In this document: positions 29,479 to 40,036 of the stretch, piece after piece
Layout: the number at the start of each line of letters is the position of its first letter
How positions within the stretch are numbered: position 1 is the first letter of the stretch
Virus record (IMG/VR): IMGVR_UViG_3300045970_000382
Span: 64,001 to 128,000 of that record
Direction: 5' to 3' (one strand)
Length of the DNA stretch: 64,000 bases
Origin: a virus
Notes under the pieces: generated by a model
Told to the model about the DNA's origin: nothing
Database searches by the model: none
What the model saw: the letters and a program-made list of their open reading frames with translations, nothing else
Position numbers and translations under genes: made by a program

Positions 29479-30516
29479 TTATTCACCTTTAAAAAGTTTT
29501 AAACCTATATCAAGTAAACTACCTGATATTTTTTCAGTCTGTGCAAATTTTAATAATACATCTTTTGATGATAAAGATTTTATATTTGATTTTATATAAT
29601 CCTTTATTTCATCCGATGCTTTTGTTTCAACTATTTTTTCCATACGGATATCGTGGAGTTCAATAGCATTATCTTTACAGTAATTAATAGTCTGTGCTTT
29701 TAATTCTGCCCACTTATGAATAAGATTTCTATCTAACAATAATGTTATTTTAACCTGATCTTCTTTTTTTAATTTCTTTAAGTCAACTAACAAATCATCA
29801 AAAGAATTAACTTCCTTTTTTATATGAGGTCTTTTTATTGTTTTAATATCTATAAATCTTAATTTACCATCTTCAATAACAGACATTCGTGGCTGGTAAT
29901 CATCCCCGAATGACACGGGGTGCTGGGTGCCAGGATAATTTACTTTTCGTAATGTTTGAGGAACGTGAATATCACCACTTACTATCTTAGCTGATACATT
30001 TTTAAAAAAGTTTGGATCAAGACCACAGTTGAGTTCATGAAAATTAGATACTTTTGATCCAATAATAGATTGGTGTATGAACAAAAATTTTAAATTTGGA
30101 TCATTTATTATTGGTAGCCACTCTTCCCATTCAATTTCAGCAACTCTACTATGTGGAAGAAATAAAAACTGATCTCTTTTCCAATATGTTGGTTTATCTA
30201 TAAATGTTATGTTTTCGTACTTGGATACGAAACGTAAGAAACAGTGATTTCGGTCTACTGTATAGTCGTGGTTGCCTCCCAGTATGGATATAGGGCAGTA
30301 CTTGTCTCTAATTTCAAGGAACGAGTTGACAGTTCTATTAACCAACTGGGACTTATGCTTATCCTTCCTATCTAAAACATCCCCAAGGTGTAGGAAAAGA
30401 TCATATCCACCTTTATCTAATTCAGCCTTAGCGAAATCAAATACCTTCCAACGATACTCATTACTTGGATTATCGTCGAGGTGCGTATCATTGATAATAA
30501 GAATTTTTCTAGTCAT
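29479..30516 (-). CDS. SbcD/Mre11-like metallophosphoesterase nuclease
   Basis: DTH, GDVLD, GNHD, HQ, SGDIH. Confidence 0.85.
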   Translation of the reverse strand: MTRKILIINDTHLDDNPSNEYRWKVFDFAKAELDKGGYDLFLHLGDVLDRKDKHKSQLVNRTVNSFLEIRDKYCPISILGGNHDYTVDRNHCFLRFVSKYENITFIDKPTYWKRDQFLFLPHSRVAEIEWEEWLPIINDPNLKFLFIHQSIIGSKVSNFHELNCGLDPNFFKNVSAKIVSGDIHVPQTLRKVNYPGTQHPVSFGDDYQPRMSVIEDGKLRFIDIKTIKRPHIKKEVNSFDDLLVDLKKLKKEDQVKITLLLDRNLIHKWAELKAQTINYCKDNAIELHDIRMEKIVETKASDEIKDYIKSNIKSLSSKDVLLKFAQTEKISGSLLDIGLKLFKGE

Positions 30517-31252
30517 TAATATCCACCTTATAATTTATCATTGCTGATAGTATATCTGGATCTATTGTATCCTTAAATACATTTGCTAGTCTTTTAGCTT
30601 CAGCCTCTTTAGCGGCTTTATAAGCTAAATAAGCTTCTTGTTGTGTTTTAAAATAACCAAGATGTTCTTGTTTTCCTTTAATCCTGCAACTAGCCCTATA
30701 TGGTGTTGATGTACCTTCATAATAATTGACTCCAATACAACACTCACCTCTACTAGCATTACTTTTTTCTAAAAAATTATTCACTTCTTGTGGTACTAAA
30801 CGACATGTTTCTGGTGAATAGATTTTATTACCTTTAATAAGCCAATCTTTGTCCAGTTGGTAATTTAAATCAGAACCAAACATGAGTAAGTAATCATGAG
30901 CGAAGTTTTGAAAACACAACCATCTTTCACAAACAGTACAATCTTTATAAGTAAGTTGTTTTTTCTGTGTAAATTCTGAATAACATCTTCGTAACATAGC
31001 AAGCCAACAATTATAAATTCTTAGATGCGACGTACAAGAATAATTTCCAATTCCAATAAATCCAATTCCATAAAATTTAAGACTTGGGTATTTAACATAA
31101 CCATTTCTTAAAGCACCAGCTTCACAAGTCGTTTCAGCCCCATCTTCAAATCTGACTCTTACATTGTGAGCATTTATATACTCTATAACAATGCAAGAGC
31201 CAGATTTGTTTGTTTTAAAGGCGTCACCAACTTTAATAGAAGGTAAAAGCAT
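30509..31252 (-). CDS. HNH-AP2 homing endonuclease (copy 2)
   Basis: Colinear paralog of 24885 ORF. Confidence 0.8.
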   Translation of the reverse strand: MLLPSIKVGDAFKTNKSGSCIVIEYINAHNVRVRFEDGAETTCEAGALRNGYVKYPSLKFYGIGFIGIGNYSCTSHLRIYNCWLAMLRRCYSEFTQKKQLTYKDCTVCERWLCFQNFAHDYLLMFGSDLNYQLDKDWLIKGNKIYSPETCRLVPQEVNNFLEKSNASRGECCIGVNYYEGTSTPYRASCRIKGKQEHLGYFKTQQEAYLAYKAAKEAEAKRLANVFKDTIDPDILSAMINYKVDIND

Positions 31253-32121
31253 TAGGCATCTTCTTCTAGTTCTACTTCTGAGTGTGTCAATTTCTCTTCT
31301 TGTATTATGTCAAAAGTATCTCTGTCGTAATCACGGATTAATGATCTCTTACCATAAAAGATACTAGATATGAGACTGTCAGTTGATAATAACGAAGATG
31401 CTGTTTTGGATTCGTGTGTGGAGTAAGCTGTCAATATATTGTACAACGTCCATAAGTCACAAGGGAACAGATTTGGATCCAATAACGTTTCAAGTGTTTT
31501 GTCTGAAAACTTTTTCTCAAAGAGTTGGAGTGCTTCGTCGTAAGTGATTATGATTTCCCTCCAAGACATCCAAAGGTCATAAAGATATTTACTATCTTCT
31601 ATTATTCTAGCTACCTTACCCTGTAGTGATGTTGGATTGAACCCTTCGTCAAGAAGCTGGCGGGAATTGAATCCAGCCACAGCCTGGCCGACTACAGCAC
31701 CATTACTGCAAACTTGTCTGAACACACCTAACTGCAATTTAAATCCACTAGCATGAGCATAACTATTGTTGAGAAGTAAGTGAATTTTATTAGTGTCACC
31801 ATTTCCTAAATCCACTTCAGGGAATTGGTCAAGTGATATTTTAGCCCGTATAATAGCTCCTGATTTTATAGACGTCACTTCAATCTGTGGTTCAGCTCCA
31901 AACATCAAGTTTACACAATCACTTACAGTCTGCAACGCAGACTCGTGCCTAATCAGGAAGGATTTTGAACTGTGTATACCAAATAATAAGTCATGTTCTG
32001 AACTCAGAATTACCTTTTTCTCATCGTATTCGTGGTGTTGTGCTAGTTCGGGGAATGCTTGTATATAAGGCAAGAATTCAACTTCACGCCTCCACAAATT
32101 GTTATTTTCAAGAATATTCAT
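31252..32121 (-). CDS. DUF932-like protein
   Basis: LLLNNSY...GFKLQLGVFRQVCSNGAV...LWTLYNILTAYSTH. Confidence 0.65.
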   Translation of the reverse strand: MNILENNNLWRREVEFLPYIQAFPELAQHHEYDEKKVILSSEHDLLFGIHSSKSFLIRHESALQTVSDCVNLMFGAEPQIEVTSIKSGAIIRAKISLDQFPEVDLGNGDTNKIHLLLNNSYAHASGFKLQLGVFRQVCSNGAVVGQAVAGFNSRQLLDEGFNPTSLQGKVARIIEDSKYLYDLWMSWREIIITYDEALQLFEKKFSDKTLETLLDPNLFPCDLWTLYNILTAYSTHESKTASSLLSTDSLISSIFYGKRSLIRDYDRDTFDIIQEEKLTHSEVELEEDA

Positions 32122-32164
32122 AATAAAGATCTCTTTTTATTTTATTGGTTTTAAACGAGCTTGT

Positions 32165-32193
32165 ATTATACAAAATATTAACTAAATTAACAA
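32165..32193 (-). promoter_or_regulatory. sigma70-type promoter
   Basis: TTGTTA-N17-TATAAT upstream of 32121. Confidence 0.55.
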
Positions 32194-32753
32194 GATGCTC
32201 TTTGACGTTTTTTAAAAATATATTCAGGTTGGTTCTGTACCTTTTTTACATTAGCTTTACTTAAAAAGGTAGTTAAAGGCAGAAGATACAGATCTAAATA
32301 AAGAATATGGATTTCAACATCGTGGTGTAATTCAAAAATATCTATTCCATTTTTAGATAAACCTACTAAAATAGGTTTATTATTTTGACGGGCTATATAT
32401 AAAGGGAGTTTATTATAGAACTCACATTCTTTTAAAAGTTTATTCCAGTGCTCAATTATTCCACTCTTGCTTGTTCTAAAAATTAAACTTTCTAAATTTA
32501 GATTTTGATAATGCTTCACTTCTATGTAAAACATATTGGTGAACTTATTACCTTCAAATGCGGCTGAAACAATATCTCCAGCTTGGCTGACAAAATTTTT
32601 ACCTGTGTAAGATAGAACAGTGGCTCTACCGCCTGAATTTTGAGAACGAATCAGCACATCTTCACGTTTACCATTGGTTATCCAAAGTGATAGTTTTCGT
32701 GCAATTAGATTTTCCATCTGATTGCCCTTTTGTTTACTACCCCCTGAGCGCAT
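32187..32753 (-). CDS. Holliday junction resolvase (PD-(D/E)XK)
   Basis: SKQKGNQMENLIARKLSLW...RSQNSGG...GDI...YIEVKH. Confidence 0.75.
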   Translation of the reverse strand: MRSGGSKQKGNQMENLIARKLSLWITNGKREDVLIRSQNSGGRATVLSYTGKNFVSQAGDIVSAAFEGNKFTNMFYIEVKHYQNLNLESLIFRTSKSGIIEHWNKLLKECEFYNKLPLYIARQNNKPILVGLSKNGIDIFELHHDVEIHILYLDLYLLPLTTFLSKANVKKVQNQPEYIFKKRQRASC

Positions 32754-32759
32754 GGTTCT

Positions 32760-33818
32760 TTAATACTTAGATGATTTTGGAAGGAAAGATTTTTCAATGT
32801 CTTGCCACAGGGTTACTATAGCAGAATTTAAAACAGTTCTAAGTTTTTTTGCTTCTTCTTTATCTTCCATTATTTTTTTGATACTTTTCAATTGAGCTGG
32901 AGTCAGTTTATCAGTGTCATTAATTCCAATACCTAATTTTGCTGATACAGTATGTAATTCTTTACATGTTTCTAGAAAAGTTATTCCAGCTTCTATATCG
33001 TCAACTCCATAGCCAAAATATACGGGATATTCGCAGGTACGAAAGGGTAGACCTATTTTATTTTTTTTACAATTGGCTTTTACCATGATACCTATAACAC
33101 GATCTATACCTTTTATGGTCTTTTTTAATTTTTTTATCTCGGCTAACCATAGAATGTGTGTAGCATAAAAATCCATAGCTTTACCACCTGAACGTGTATA
33201 TTTTTCACCAAAAGTCACACCTATGTTTTCTCTAACTTGAGATATTATCATTAAGTGAATAGTGCTTTTTTCAAGTGGTTTAATTAAACGTCTAAACATT
33301 TCAGACATTTTCTTTTGTTTACCCATAGCGTATGTACCTTTATCAATTTCACGTTCTTTTTCAGAACGATCTGATAGAGCATCAAGTGAATCTACAATAA
33401 AAAGAGTAGGCACTTTTACTTTTAAAGTAATATCCATCAGATATTCGTGTAGAAATTCTACAGTATTATCTCCTTCACAATCTATAAAAGTTATGGAATC
33501 TACGGGCATACCGATAGCCTCAGCATAACCAAGATCAAAAGCTGCTTCTGCTTCTAAATAATACACTTGTCCATTAGAGTATTTATTTAAAAAATTAACA
33601 CAAGCTTCTATAGCCAACAGAGTTTTTGAGCTAGATTTATCTCCAACAATATTAGACATTCGTCCTAATACCCAACCACCACCTAGAACACAATCTAATA
33701 ACTGACAACCACTAGAAAACATTTCAATGCCTTCTTTATTAACTGTTGCAAAGTAATTAGATTTTTCTGGTAGAGTTATTGCAATAGTTGGTCTTGTTTT
33801 TTTAATTTCCTCAGACAT
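32760..33818 (-). CDS. recA: RecA-like recombinase
   Basis: LDCVLGGG, GDKSSSKT, EAEAAFD, IVDSLDAL, ISQVRENIGVTFG, SGGKAMDFYA, KNKIGLPFR. Confidence 0.92.
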   Translation of the reverse strand: MSEEIKKTRPTIAITLPEKSNYFATVNKEGIEMFSSGCQLLDCVLGGGWVLGRMSNIVGDKSSSKTLLAIEACVNFLNKYSNGQVYYLEAEAAFDLGYAEAIGMPVDSITFIDCEGDNTVEFLHEYLMDITLKVKVPTLFIVDSLDALSDRSEKEREIDKGTYAMGKQKKMSEMFRRLIKPLEKSTIHLMIISQVRENIGVTFGEKYTRSGGKAMDFYATHILWLAEIKKLKKTIKGIDRVIGIMVKANCKKNKIGLPFRTCEYPVYFGYGVDDIEAGITFLETCKELHTVSAKLGIGINDTDKLTPAQLKSIKKIMEDKEEAKKLRTVLNSAIVTLWQDIEKSFLPKSSKY

Positions 33819-33837
33819 AAATAATTCCTAAGATAGG

Positions 33838-33864
33838 AAAAAGGGGCCTTTATTAGACCCCTTT
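33838..33864 (-). terminator. Rho-independent terminator after SSB gene
   Basis: - strand AAAGGGGUCU-AAUA-AAGGCCCC followed by UUUUU. Confidence 0.7.
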
Positions 33865-33873
33865 GTGCGTATT

Positions 33874-34932
33874 TTATTTGTTGCGGTTACGGAGTCCTGC
33901 TAATCTGGAAGATGTTGATGGAGGTTTTGGTTTTTCTTCCTCTTCCTCTTCCTCTTCTTCTTGTTCTGGTTCAGGTTCCTTTATTACTGGTTTTTCAGGT
34001 TTAGCTCTTCCAGTTTTAGGTTTAAACATTTTTTTGAGTTCATCTGCAATATCAATAACCAAGTCATCCAGAGTTTCGTATTCACTGGGATCTATTTCAG
34101 AACCCATAGTTTCTATTACTTCTATTAATTCATTTTCATCCATGTTTTGTAAATCTTTTTCAGTTAAAGATTCAAGATCAATTTTTTTAGCTTTCTTTTT
34201 CTCAGGAATTTCATTAGTTTTAACTCCACTGGCAGGAGCTCCACTAAAAACAGCGGTCAGATAATCATAATCGTAGAAGATTAAATTTTCAGGTAATGAA
34301 TTTTTACCGCTGATTTTGCTCCATATTTCTTCTTCAAAATCTTCAATTGCAGAAGGTCGTCTAGCAACTTTAATTGCATATTTGGTAGTCAATGAAGTTC
34401 CTTCTCTGACAACATCCAAATCATAACCTTCTTCAGGACAATCTACGGGTAATACTTCTCGTGTATCATCATCAACGGCTTGCATCATAATAGTTTTATC
34501 TAATGATGCGGGCATTGACCAAGCTTTTAAAACAGGTTTGGATTTGCCTTCCCGAACTAAAATATAGACCAGTACACGGCTAGCAGGTTTTAATGTTTTA
34601 GCATAATCAGGATCGTCAACAGCTACACGTTGTCTTTCCTCACAGATTGGGCAACGTAATTTGGTTTCTCCAGTATGAGGATTAACTGTATTGAAAGGAC
34701 AGATGTAGGCATCATTATTTGGCCCTACTTGATAGTGGACGAAAATTCGGTAGCCATAATGATCTGCATTTTCCCAACCTGGAGGTAAAATTCTTACACG
34801 ATTTGTTCCTTCCGCTGGTTTGAATAAGGGTATGCTTGCAGTTAGATAACCGTCACGAATACCACTGTCTGCTTCACTGATCTGTGATTTGGTTTCTTCG
34901 TAGGTACGTTTTCTGTATGTAAATTTAGCCAT
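33874..34932 (-). CDS. Single-stranded DNA-binding protein (gp32-like)
   Basis: RVRILPP, H...YICP...CPICE Zn site, GYDLDV.REG...TKY; acidic C-terminal region. Confidence 0.7.
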   Translation of the reverse strand: MAKFTYRKRTYEETKSQISEADSGIRDGYLTASIPLFKPAEGTNRVRILPPGWENADHYGYRIFVHYQVGPNNDAYICPFNTVNPHTGETKLRCPICEERQRVAVDDPDYAKTLKPASRVLVYILVREGKSKPVLKAWSMPASLDKTIMMQAVDDDTREVLPVDCPEEGYDLDVVREGTSLTTKYAIKVARRPSAIEDFEEEIWSKISGKNSLPENLIFYDYDYLTAVFSGAPASGVKTNEIPEKKKAKKIDLESLTEKDLQNMDENELIEVIETMGSEIDPSEYETLDDLVIDIADELKKMFKPKTGRAKPEKPVIKEPEPEQEEEEEEEEEKPKPPSTSSRLAGLRNRNK

Positions 34933-35045
34933 TGTAATTACCTTCTATTGTTTAGATTTAATTGATTATGTGTCGGTATGCGTTTTGGATTGCGTTTGAC
35001 AGTTTATATACTATATTCTTTTTATTTTCTCCTATTAGTTAAAAA

Positions 35046-35546
35046 TTATTCTGCTTTTCTACGGGTGCGGAGTTTGGATTTGTTTTTTTCATATTCTAGA
35101 TCTGAAACTTTGTTTTCAGCAGTTTTTATGTTAGTAGATGTATAATATCCAGCTATAAAAAGATTACACAATTCTTTTAATAAAAAGCCTTTAGATTGAA
35201 ACCCCTCTTTTAGTGCAGACCATTCATCTGCTTCTTTTTTAGTATCAAGGTAGTATTTTTGGGCTAAAATATATTTCTCATCACTTTTGACCAATTGATC
35301 TATTAAAGCTTCAGTCATCTTAATGGCTTTATCTTTTAAACATTCTTGTCTAATAGATAAAGATACTTCAGAATAAGATCGTTCAAGGTCATATTTTGCT
35401 GATTCCTTGTAATTTGATTTTATAGCGGATATTTGAGCTACCTGAAAGAACAGCTCAGCTTGCTGAGATACCTCGGTATTGAGATCATTTTCATTAATAA
35501 TTAATCTTTCTCTAAAAATTTCTAATTCTGCATTAGTTATCTTCAT
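35046..35546 (-). CDS. UvsY-like recombination mediator
   Basis: Helical; L.I.E.DL..E...Q...F, KMTEA.ID..V..DE.Y; adjacent to SSB and RecA. Confidence 0.5.
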   Translation of the reverse strand: MKITNAELEIFRERLIINENDLNTEVSQQAELFFQVAQISAIKSNYKESAKYDLERSYSEVSLSIRQECLKDKAIKMTEALIDQLVKSDEKYILAQKYYLDTKKEADEWSALKEGFQSKGFLLKELCNLFIAGYYTSTNIKTAENKVSDLEYEKNKSKLRTRRKAE

Positions 35547-36475
35547 AATAATAATTTTCCTAAAGCGAGTAAAAGTGGAGCCATTTTTTCAGATTGTCTA
35601 AATGGTTCAGAAAAAGCTTCAACTATTGCAAGGACTTCTTCAGCTTGTTTTTGAGTCTTAGTTGATAAAAGGACTTTACTCATGTATGCTAAGATTACTA
35701 AACGAATTGATTCTGGATTATTTTCTGTTAGTTTTTTTATTATTTGAAGTACATCAATGTAACTGATTCCTTTTAATAAAGCTCTACACAGCTCGATAGT
35801 CTCCCCTTCTTCTGTATCAGGTTCTTGTAATACTAATCTAATTTCACTTATTTCAGTAAGACCACGACATTTTGAAAGCATTGTTAATGCTCTACGAGGT
35901 GATCCATAACAGGAATTAGCAATAACAGATAAACCTTTTTCAGGTATATCAAGTTTTTCTTCTGAGTTTACAAGATCTATTAAATCAAAAATATCGTCTG
36001 CACTTACATCTGCTAAAGCATAAACATGACATCGTGTTTTAATATTATCAGGAACTTTATCTGATTCAGTTGTACAAAACATAAAGTAAACATGCTTTGG
36101 CGGTTCTTCAATTATCTTTAGTAATGATGCCCATGCAGGTTTGCTACAGAAATGGACTTCATCAAGTATAATTACTTTTACGGGGCTTATGCCAAAGGCC
36201 GAATATTGAAGGTTCTCTTGTAAACTTCGCATAAAGTCTATGCCATTGTTTGAAGCGGCATCAATTTCTAAGATATTAGCAGCATCCGCACCCAATTTAT
36301 GAGCAACAATACGTGCAAGGCTGGTTTTGCCGACTCCAGTACCTCCAACAAAAAGTAGAGCATGAGGCCATGCTTTTTTTCTTTCCAATTCTTTGAGTGA
36401 TTTTATAACATGATCCTGACCAATCACTTCGTCAAGATCTTGTGGTCTATAAGCTACGTGAAAATCAAGATTCAT
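35543..36475 (-). CDS. Clamp loader ATPase (DnaX gamma/tau-like)
   Basis: YRPQDLDEVIGQDHV, GGTGVGKTSLARI, EIDAASNNG, IILDEVH, LLKIIEEPP, IKTRC. Confidence 0.9.
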   Translation of the reverse strand: MNLDFHVAYRPQDLDEVIGQDHVIKSLKELERKKAWPHALLFVGGTGVGKTSLARIVAHKLGADAANILEIDAASNNGIDFMRSLQENLQYSAFGISPVKVIILDEVHFCSKPAWASLLKIIEEPPKHVYFMFCTTESDKVPDNIKTRCHVYALADVSADDIFDLIDLVNSEEKLDIPEKGLSVIANSCYGSPRRALTMLSKCRGLTEISEIRLVLQEPDTEEGETIELCRALLKGISYIDVLQIIKKLTENNPESIRLVILAYMSKVLLSTKTQKQAEEVLAIVEAFSEPFRQSEKMAPLLLALGKLLL

Positions 36476-36650
36476 TTTTTCTCCTCTTTTTATTCTTTAT
36501 ACCCGCTTTAAATCCATTCACAAATCCATGTAAATAATTTAGTAATTCTTCTTCATCTTTATTGAGATGATTTATTCCATCTCTTAGCGAGTCTTCAGTC
36601 TTTTCATGTAGAGCTTCAAGTGCTTTGATGACATTAAGTGTCTCATTCAT
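36465..36650 (-). CDS. Hypothetical protein
   Basis: 61-aa ORF directly downstream of a promoter. Confidence 0.5.
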   Translation of the reverse strand: MNETLNVIKALEALHEKTEDSLRDGINHLNKDEEELLNYLHGFVNGFKAGIKNKKRRKNES

Positions 36651-36682
36651 AAAGATGGTATTATGGTTATTTTTGAAGCTAT

Positions 36683-36711
36683 ATTATACAAAATATAAAG
36701 TAATAATGCAA
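36683..36711 (-). promoter_or_regulatory. sigma70-type promoter
   Basis: TTGCAT-N17-TATAAT. Confidence 0.65.
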
Positions 36712-36721
36712 GGCTATTTTT

Positions 36722-39289
36722 TTATAAATATTCACGATAAAAATCGTAATTTTCGTGTAATTTAGTAGGTACAGAACAAAACTCAGTAGAAGTAAAAACA
36801 TCAATCTGCTCCTGTTCATACCAATTTTTTCCATAACTCATTTCGCAAGTTAAAGGTATATTTAACCATGGGTAGGAAGAAGTATCTAGCATTAACTCTG
36901 CAACCAATAAACATGATTCTTCTAATTTAGAATCTTCAACATAGCATGTTAAATCATCATGGATCATCATAACTATTTCTAGTCCAGAATCACACAATTT
37001 ATTCATAGCATTAACACAAAGTCTAGCAGCTAGACTTTGTATTGGAGTGTTAATTATTTCATTGAATGATAGAGGCCCATGTCTACGATGACCTAACATA
37101 CTTTCAACATAACCATATTTTTTATAAAATCCAACTAACCAGTTCTGCCATTTTTTTATACCATGAAAAACTTCCCAAAATTCTTCATTAATAGGTATTA
37201 AAATATCTATAGGTATATTTAAACCTTTAGCAATATTATAAACAGATGCTCCATAAAATTGTGGGAAAGTCCATTGGTTTTTAATTTCGTTACGAAACTT
37301 CTTAATGGCTTTGGGATCATTTAAAAATTCTATACCTCCTACTGCTTGTGGATATGCTTTGGCAATTTTTTTGCACCATTCTAAATGCACATCATAATCT
37401 TCCCAAACCATTTTACAAAAGACAGGATCTTGGGATGCTACAGCAATAAGACGTGCTTCAATTTGACCATAATCTGCACAGACCATCCAATGCTCTTCTG
37501 GTGCTTTTATGATACGTCTAATTTCTTTACCTTTACGATTTGGGAAGTTTTGGAGATTTGGGTTTTGAGAAGAAATCCGACCTGTACTAGTAAATAGATG
37601 ACTAAATTGAGTATGAATCTTTTTATCTATAGTGTCACTGTGCTTAAAAATAGGATCAATATAAGTGCCTTTCTTTTTAGTTAATGTTCTATTTTCAAGT
37701 AACAGTTTTCCAATTGGATGTGTTATTCTTGCTAAGACGGATTCATCTGCTGACTCTTTTCCTATAAAGAATGATTTATCAAGATTACAGAAATTTTTAA
37801 TAAAGACTAATACTTGGGCGGGAGAATCATAGTTAAATACTTTATATCTAGTTTCGTACTTCTTAACGTCAGGCAGTTCTTTTATTTGATTATGAATCTT
37901 ATCTAATTTTTCACTAAGATCATTAAAGATTTCTAAAGTGGCTTCTTCATCAGGAACAACTCCGTTAATTTGTGTAAGTACTAGAGTAGCACTTGATCTT
38001 TTTAGATCATTGTAAGGTTTTAACATTCCTATTTCTTTTAGAATCTCAAGCTGTTTTTTATATAGCGAGTAAGTCCATTTAACATCTAGACCATTATAAG
38101 GAAGTATTTGTTTTAAAGAGTGTTTTTCTAAATCAGTTCTATCTAAATTTGATATAATCTTTAAATTGAATCCAAAGTATTGTCTTATCAAAAAATCTAA
38201 TGAATGAGTCCGCATCAACTCATTGATGCAGTAAGCCTGTGCCTGAGAACATTCCCATTTGTTCCAATCTTTTAATATCTCCTTACCGAAAATTACTCCA
38301 AGCCACTCTTGCTCGAACTTACTATTATGGGCCACTAGTTTTTTAACATTTAAGAAAAACTCTTTAAGACGGTTATGTAAAGATTTAAATTGCTTGCTAT
38401 TCCAAGTTCCTTCTCTGTACTGATAAGGGAATGCAACGGTATGTTCAAATGTCCCAATAGATATGGAAAGTATTCTTGAATCCGGTTGGTAAGGACTCAA
38501 TTGATTCGTTTCAATATCTAACGAAACTATATCTAGCTTTTCAAAATTATCTAGCCACTTAAACACGGTTTTAAGATTTTCATCTGTGGGAAGTTCAACC
38601 CATTCAATACCCAAAGTTAATTCTGATTTTTTAGGTATCCATGGAGGATTGTAAGAATTTAAAAAATTATCTAATTCATCAATATGACTTTGAAAATATC
38701 CATCCCATTCACTTGTTTGGGTGTATGAACTACCATCTTTCTTTCTTCTTTCCCTATGCTTGCTCATTATAAAAGCTGGATCATGGATTGGATATAGCCA
38801 ACATCCATATGTGTCTATTTTTACAGGAATAAACTTACCGGCATATAATCTTTCTCCACCTTCTAATCCAAACCAAACTAAGGCAGAAGTCCCTACAGCT
38901 ATAATTATTTTAGGTCTGGATTCAAGAATATCTTTCTCTATTCGTAATCTACAACATGTTAGTTCTAATTCGTTTTCATCTTTCTTAGAATAGCAATTGA
39001 GTATAGAATTAAAACGCGATCTATCAAAAACATCTTGTGTTAGTTTTTCTAGAAGAAACTCTATTGAATCTCCTTCTAAGTAGGATCCTATTTCATCTTG
39101 AATCCGTGTCATCTTAGGAAGTAAAAAATAAAAATCTGGATTTTTCACACCTTCAGCATCTAGTTTAGGAGACTTTAATTTAGCTCTATTCAGAGGACAA
39201 ATTTTACATCCAAGTGCTCTAGCAGAATGGATCGGCATCTTTTTCGAGATGGTTTTGTTGTTTTTGGTATCATCAAAAAAAAAGGACAC
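36722..39289 (-). CDS. polA: Family A DNA polymerase with N-terminal UDG-like domain and 3'-5' exonuclease
   Basis: Exo DIET, HNSKFE, YNGLD; pol TGRISSQNPNLQN, DYGQIEAR, K..TFPQFYG, NTPIQS, MIHDDL; N-terminal CxxC-P-L, CC, IIAVG..AL, HDPAF. GTG 39289 with GGAG RBS preferred over 39307. Confidence 0.9.
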   Translation of the reverse strand: MSFFFDDTKNNKTISKKMPIHSARALGCKICPLNRAKLKSPKLDAEGVKNPDFYFLLPKMTRIQDEIGSYLEGDSIEFLLEKLTQDVFDRSRFNSILNCYSKKDENELELTCCRLRIEKDILESRPKIIIAVGTSALVWFGLEGGERLYAGKFIPVKIDTYGCWLYPIHDPAFIMSKHRERRKKDGSSYTQTSEWDGYFQSHIDELDNFLNSYNPPWIPKKSELTLGIEWVELPTDENLKTVFKWLDNFEKLDIVSLDIETNQLSPYQPDSRILSISIGTFEHTVAFPYQYREGTWNSKQFKSLHNRLKEFFLNVKKLVAHNSKFEQEWLGVIFGKEILKDWNKWECSQAQAYCINELMRTHSLDFLIRQYFGFNLKIISNLDRTDLEKHSLKQILPYNGLDVKWTYSLYKKQLEILKEIGMLKPYNDLKRSSATLVLTQINGVVPDEEATLEIFNDLSEKLDKIHNQIKELPDVKKYETRYKVFNYDSPAQVLVFIKNFCNLDKSFFIGKESADESVLARITHPIGKLLLENRTLTKKKGTYIDPIFKHSDTIDKKIHTQFSHLFTSTGRISSQNPNLQNFPNRKGKEIRRIIKAPEEHWMVCADYGQIEARLIAVASQDPVFCKMVWEDYDVHLEWCKKIAKAYPQAVGGIEFLNDPKAIKKFRNEIKNQWTFPQFYGASVYNIAKGLNIPIDILIPINEEFWEVFHGIKKWQNWLVGFYKKYGYVESMLGHRRHGPLSFNEIINTPIQSLAARLCVNAMNKLCDSGLEIVMMIHDDLTCYVEDSKLEESCLLVAELMLDTSSYPWLNIPLTCEMSYGKNWYEQEQIDVFTSTEFCSVPTKLHENYDFYREYL

Positions 39290-39290
39290 T

Positions 39291-40022
39291 TTAATCTCCG
39301 ATATCAACGGTGCGATTCATTAGAGCTATATAAGCTCTTGGATCTATAGTATCTTTATAAACATTGGCTAGTCTTTTAAATTCAGCCTCTTTAGCTACTT
39401 TATAAACTTGTCTAGCTTCTTTTTCTGTTTTATAAGATCCAAGACGTTTTAATCTTCCTTCAATATGACATCTAGCCACATACGGATTTGGCTTACCTTC
39501 AACATAAGTAACTCCGAGGATACGTTCACCTCTACTAGAATCACCTTTTTCTAAAACATAATTTATTTGTGGTGGAACTAAACAACATGTTTCCGGTGAA
39601 TATATCTTATTTCCTTTAATAAGCCAATCTTTGTCCAGTTGGTAATTTAAATCTGAACCCACCATTTGTAAATAATCATGGCAAAAGTTTTGAAAATTAA
39701 ACCATCTTTCATCTACAGTACAACCACGATAAGTAGGCCGTTTTAATTGAGCAGCTTCGTGATAACATCTTTTTAACATATAAATCCAACAATAATAAAT
39801 TCTTGGATGTGATGTACAAGAATACTCCCCAATACCAATAAATCCAATACCAAAAAATTTAAGTTTTGGGTTTTTAACTCTACCATTTCTTAACTGACCC
39901 GCTTGACAAATTTTTTCAGTTCCATCTTCAAATCTGACTCTTACGTTAATAGCAGAATTATACTTTATAACAGTACAAAAACCAGATGTATTCGTTTCAA
40001 ACCTATCTCCAACTTTAATCAT
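39291..40022 (-). CDS. HNH-AP2 homing endonuclease (copy 3)
   Basis: Colinear paralog. Confidence 0.8.
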   Translation of the reverse strand: MIKVGDRFETNTSGFCTVIKYNSAINVRVRFEDGTEKICQAGQLRNGRVKNPKLKFFGIGFIGIGEYSCTSHPRIYYCWIYMLKRCYHEAAQLKRPTYRGCTVDERWFNFQNFCHDYLQMVGSDLNYQLDKDWLIKGNKIYSPETCCLVPPQINYVLEKGDSSRGERILGVTYVEGKPNPYVARCHIEGRLKRLGSYKTEKEARQVYKVAKEAEFKRLANVYKDTIDPRAYIALMNRTVDIGD

Positions 40023-40036
40023 ATTTTATTCCTTAA

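Noticed and set aside
33863-34264. Antisense ORFs such as 33863-34264, 40122-40499, 6417-6683 and 28031-28318
   Set aside because: Shadow frames opposite well-supported genes, with low-complexity translations and no RBS.
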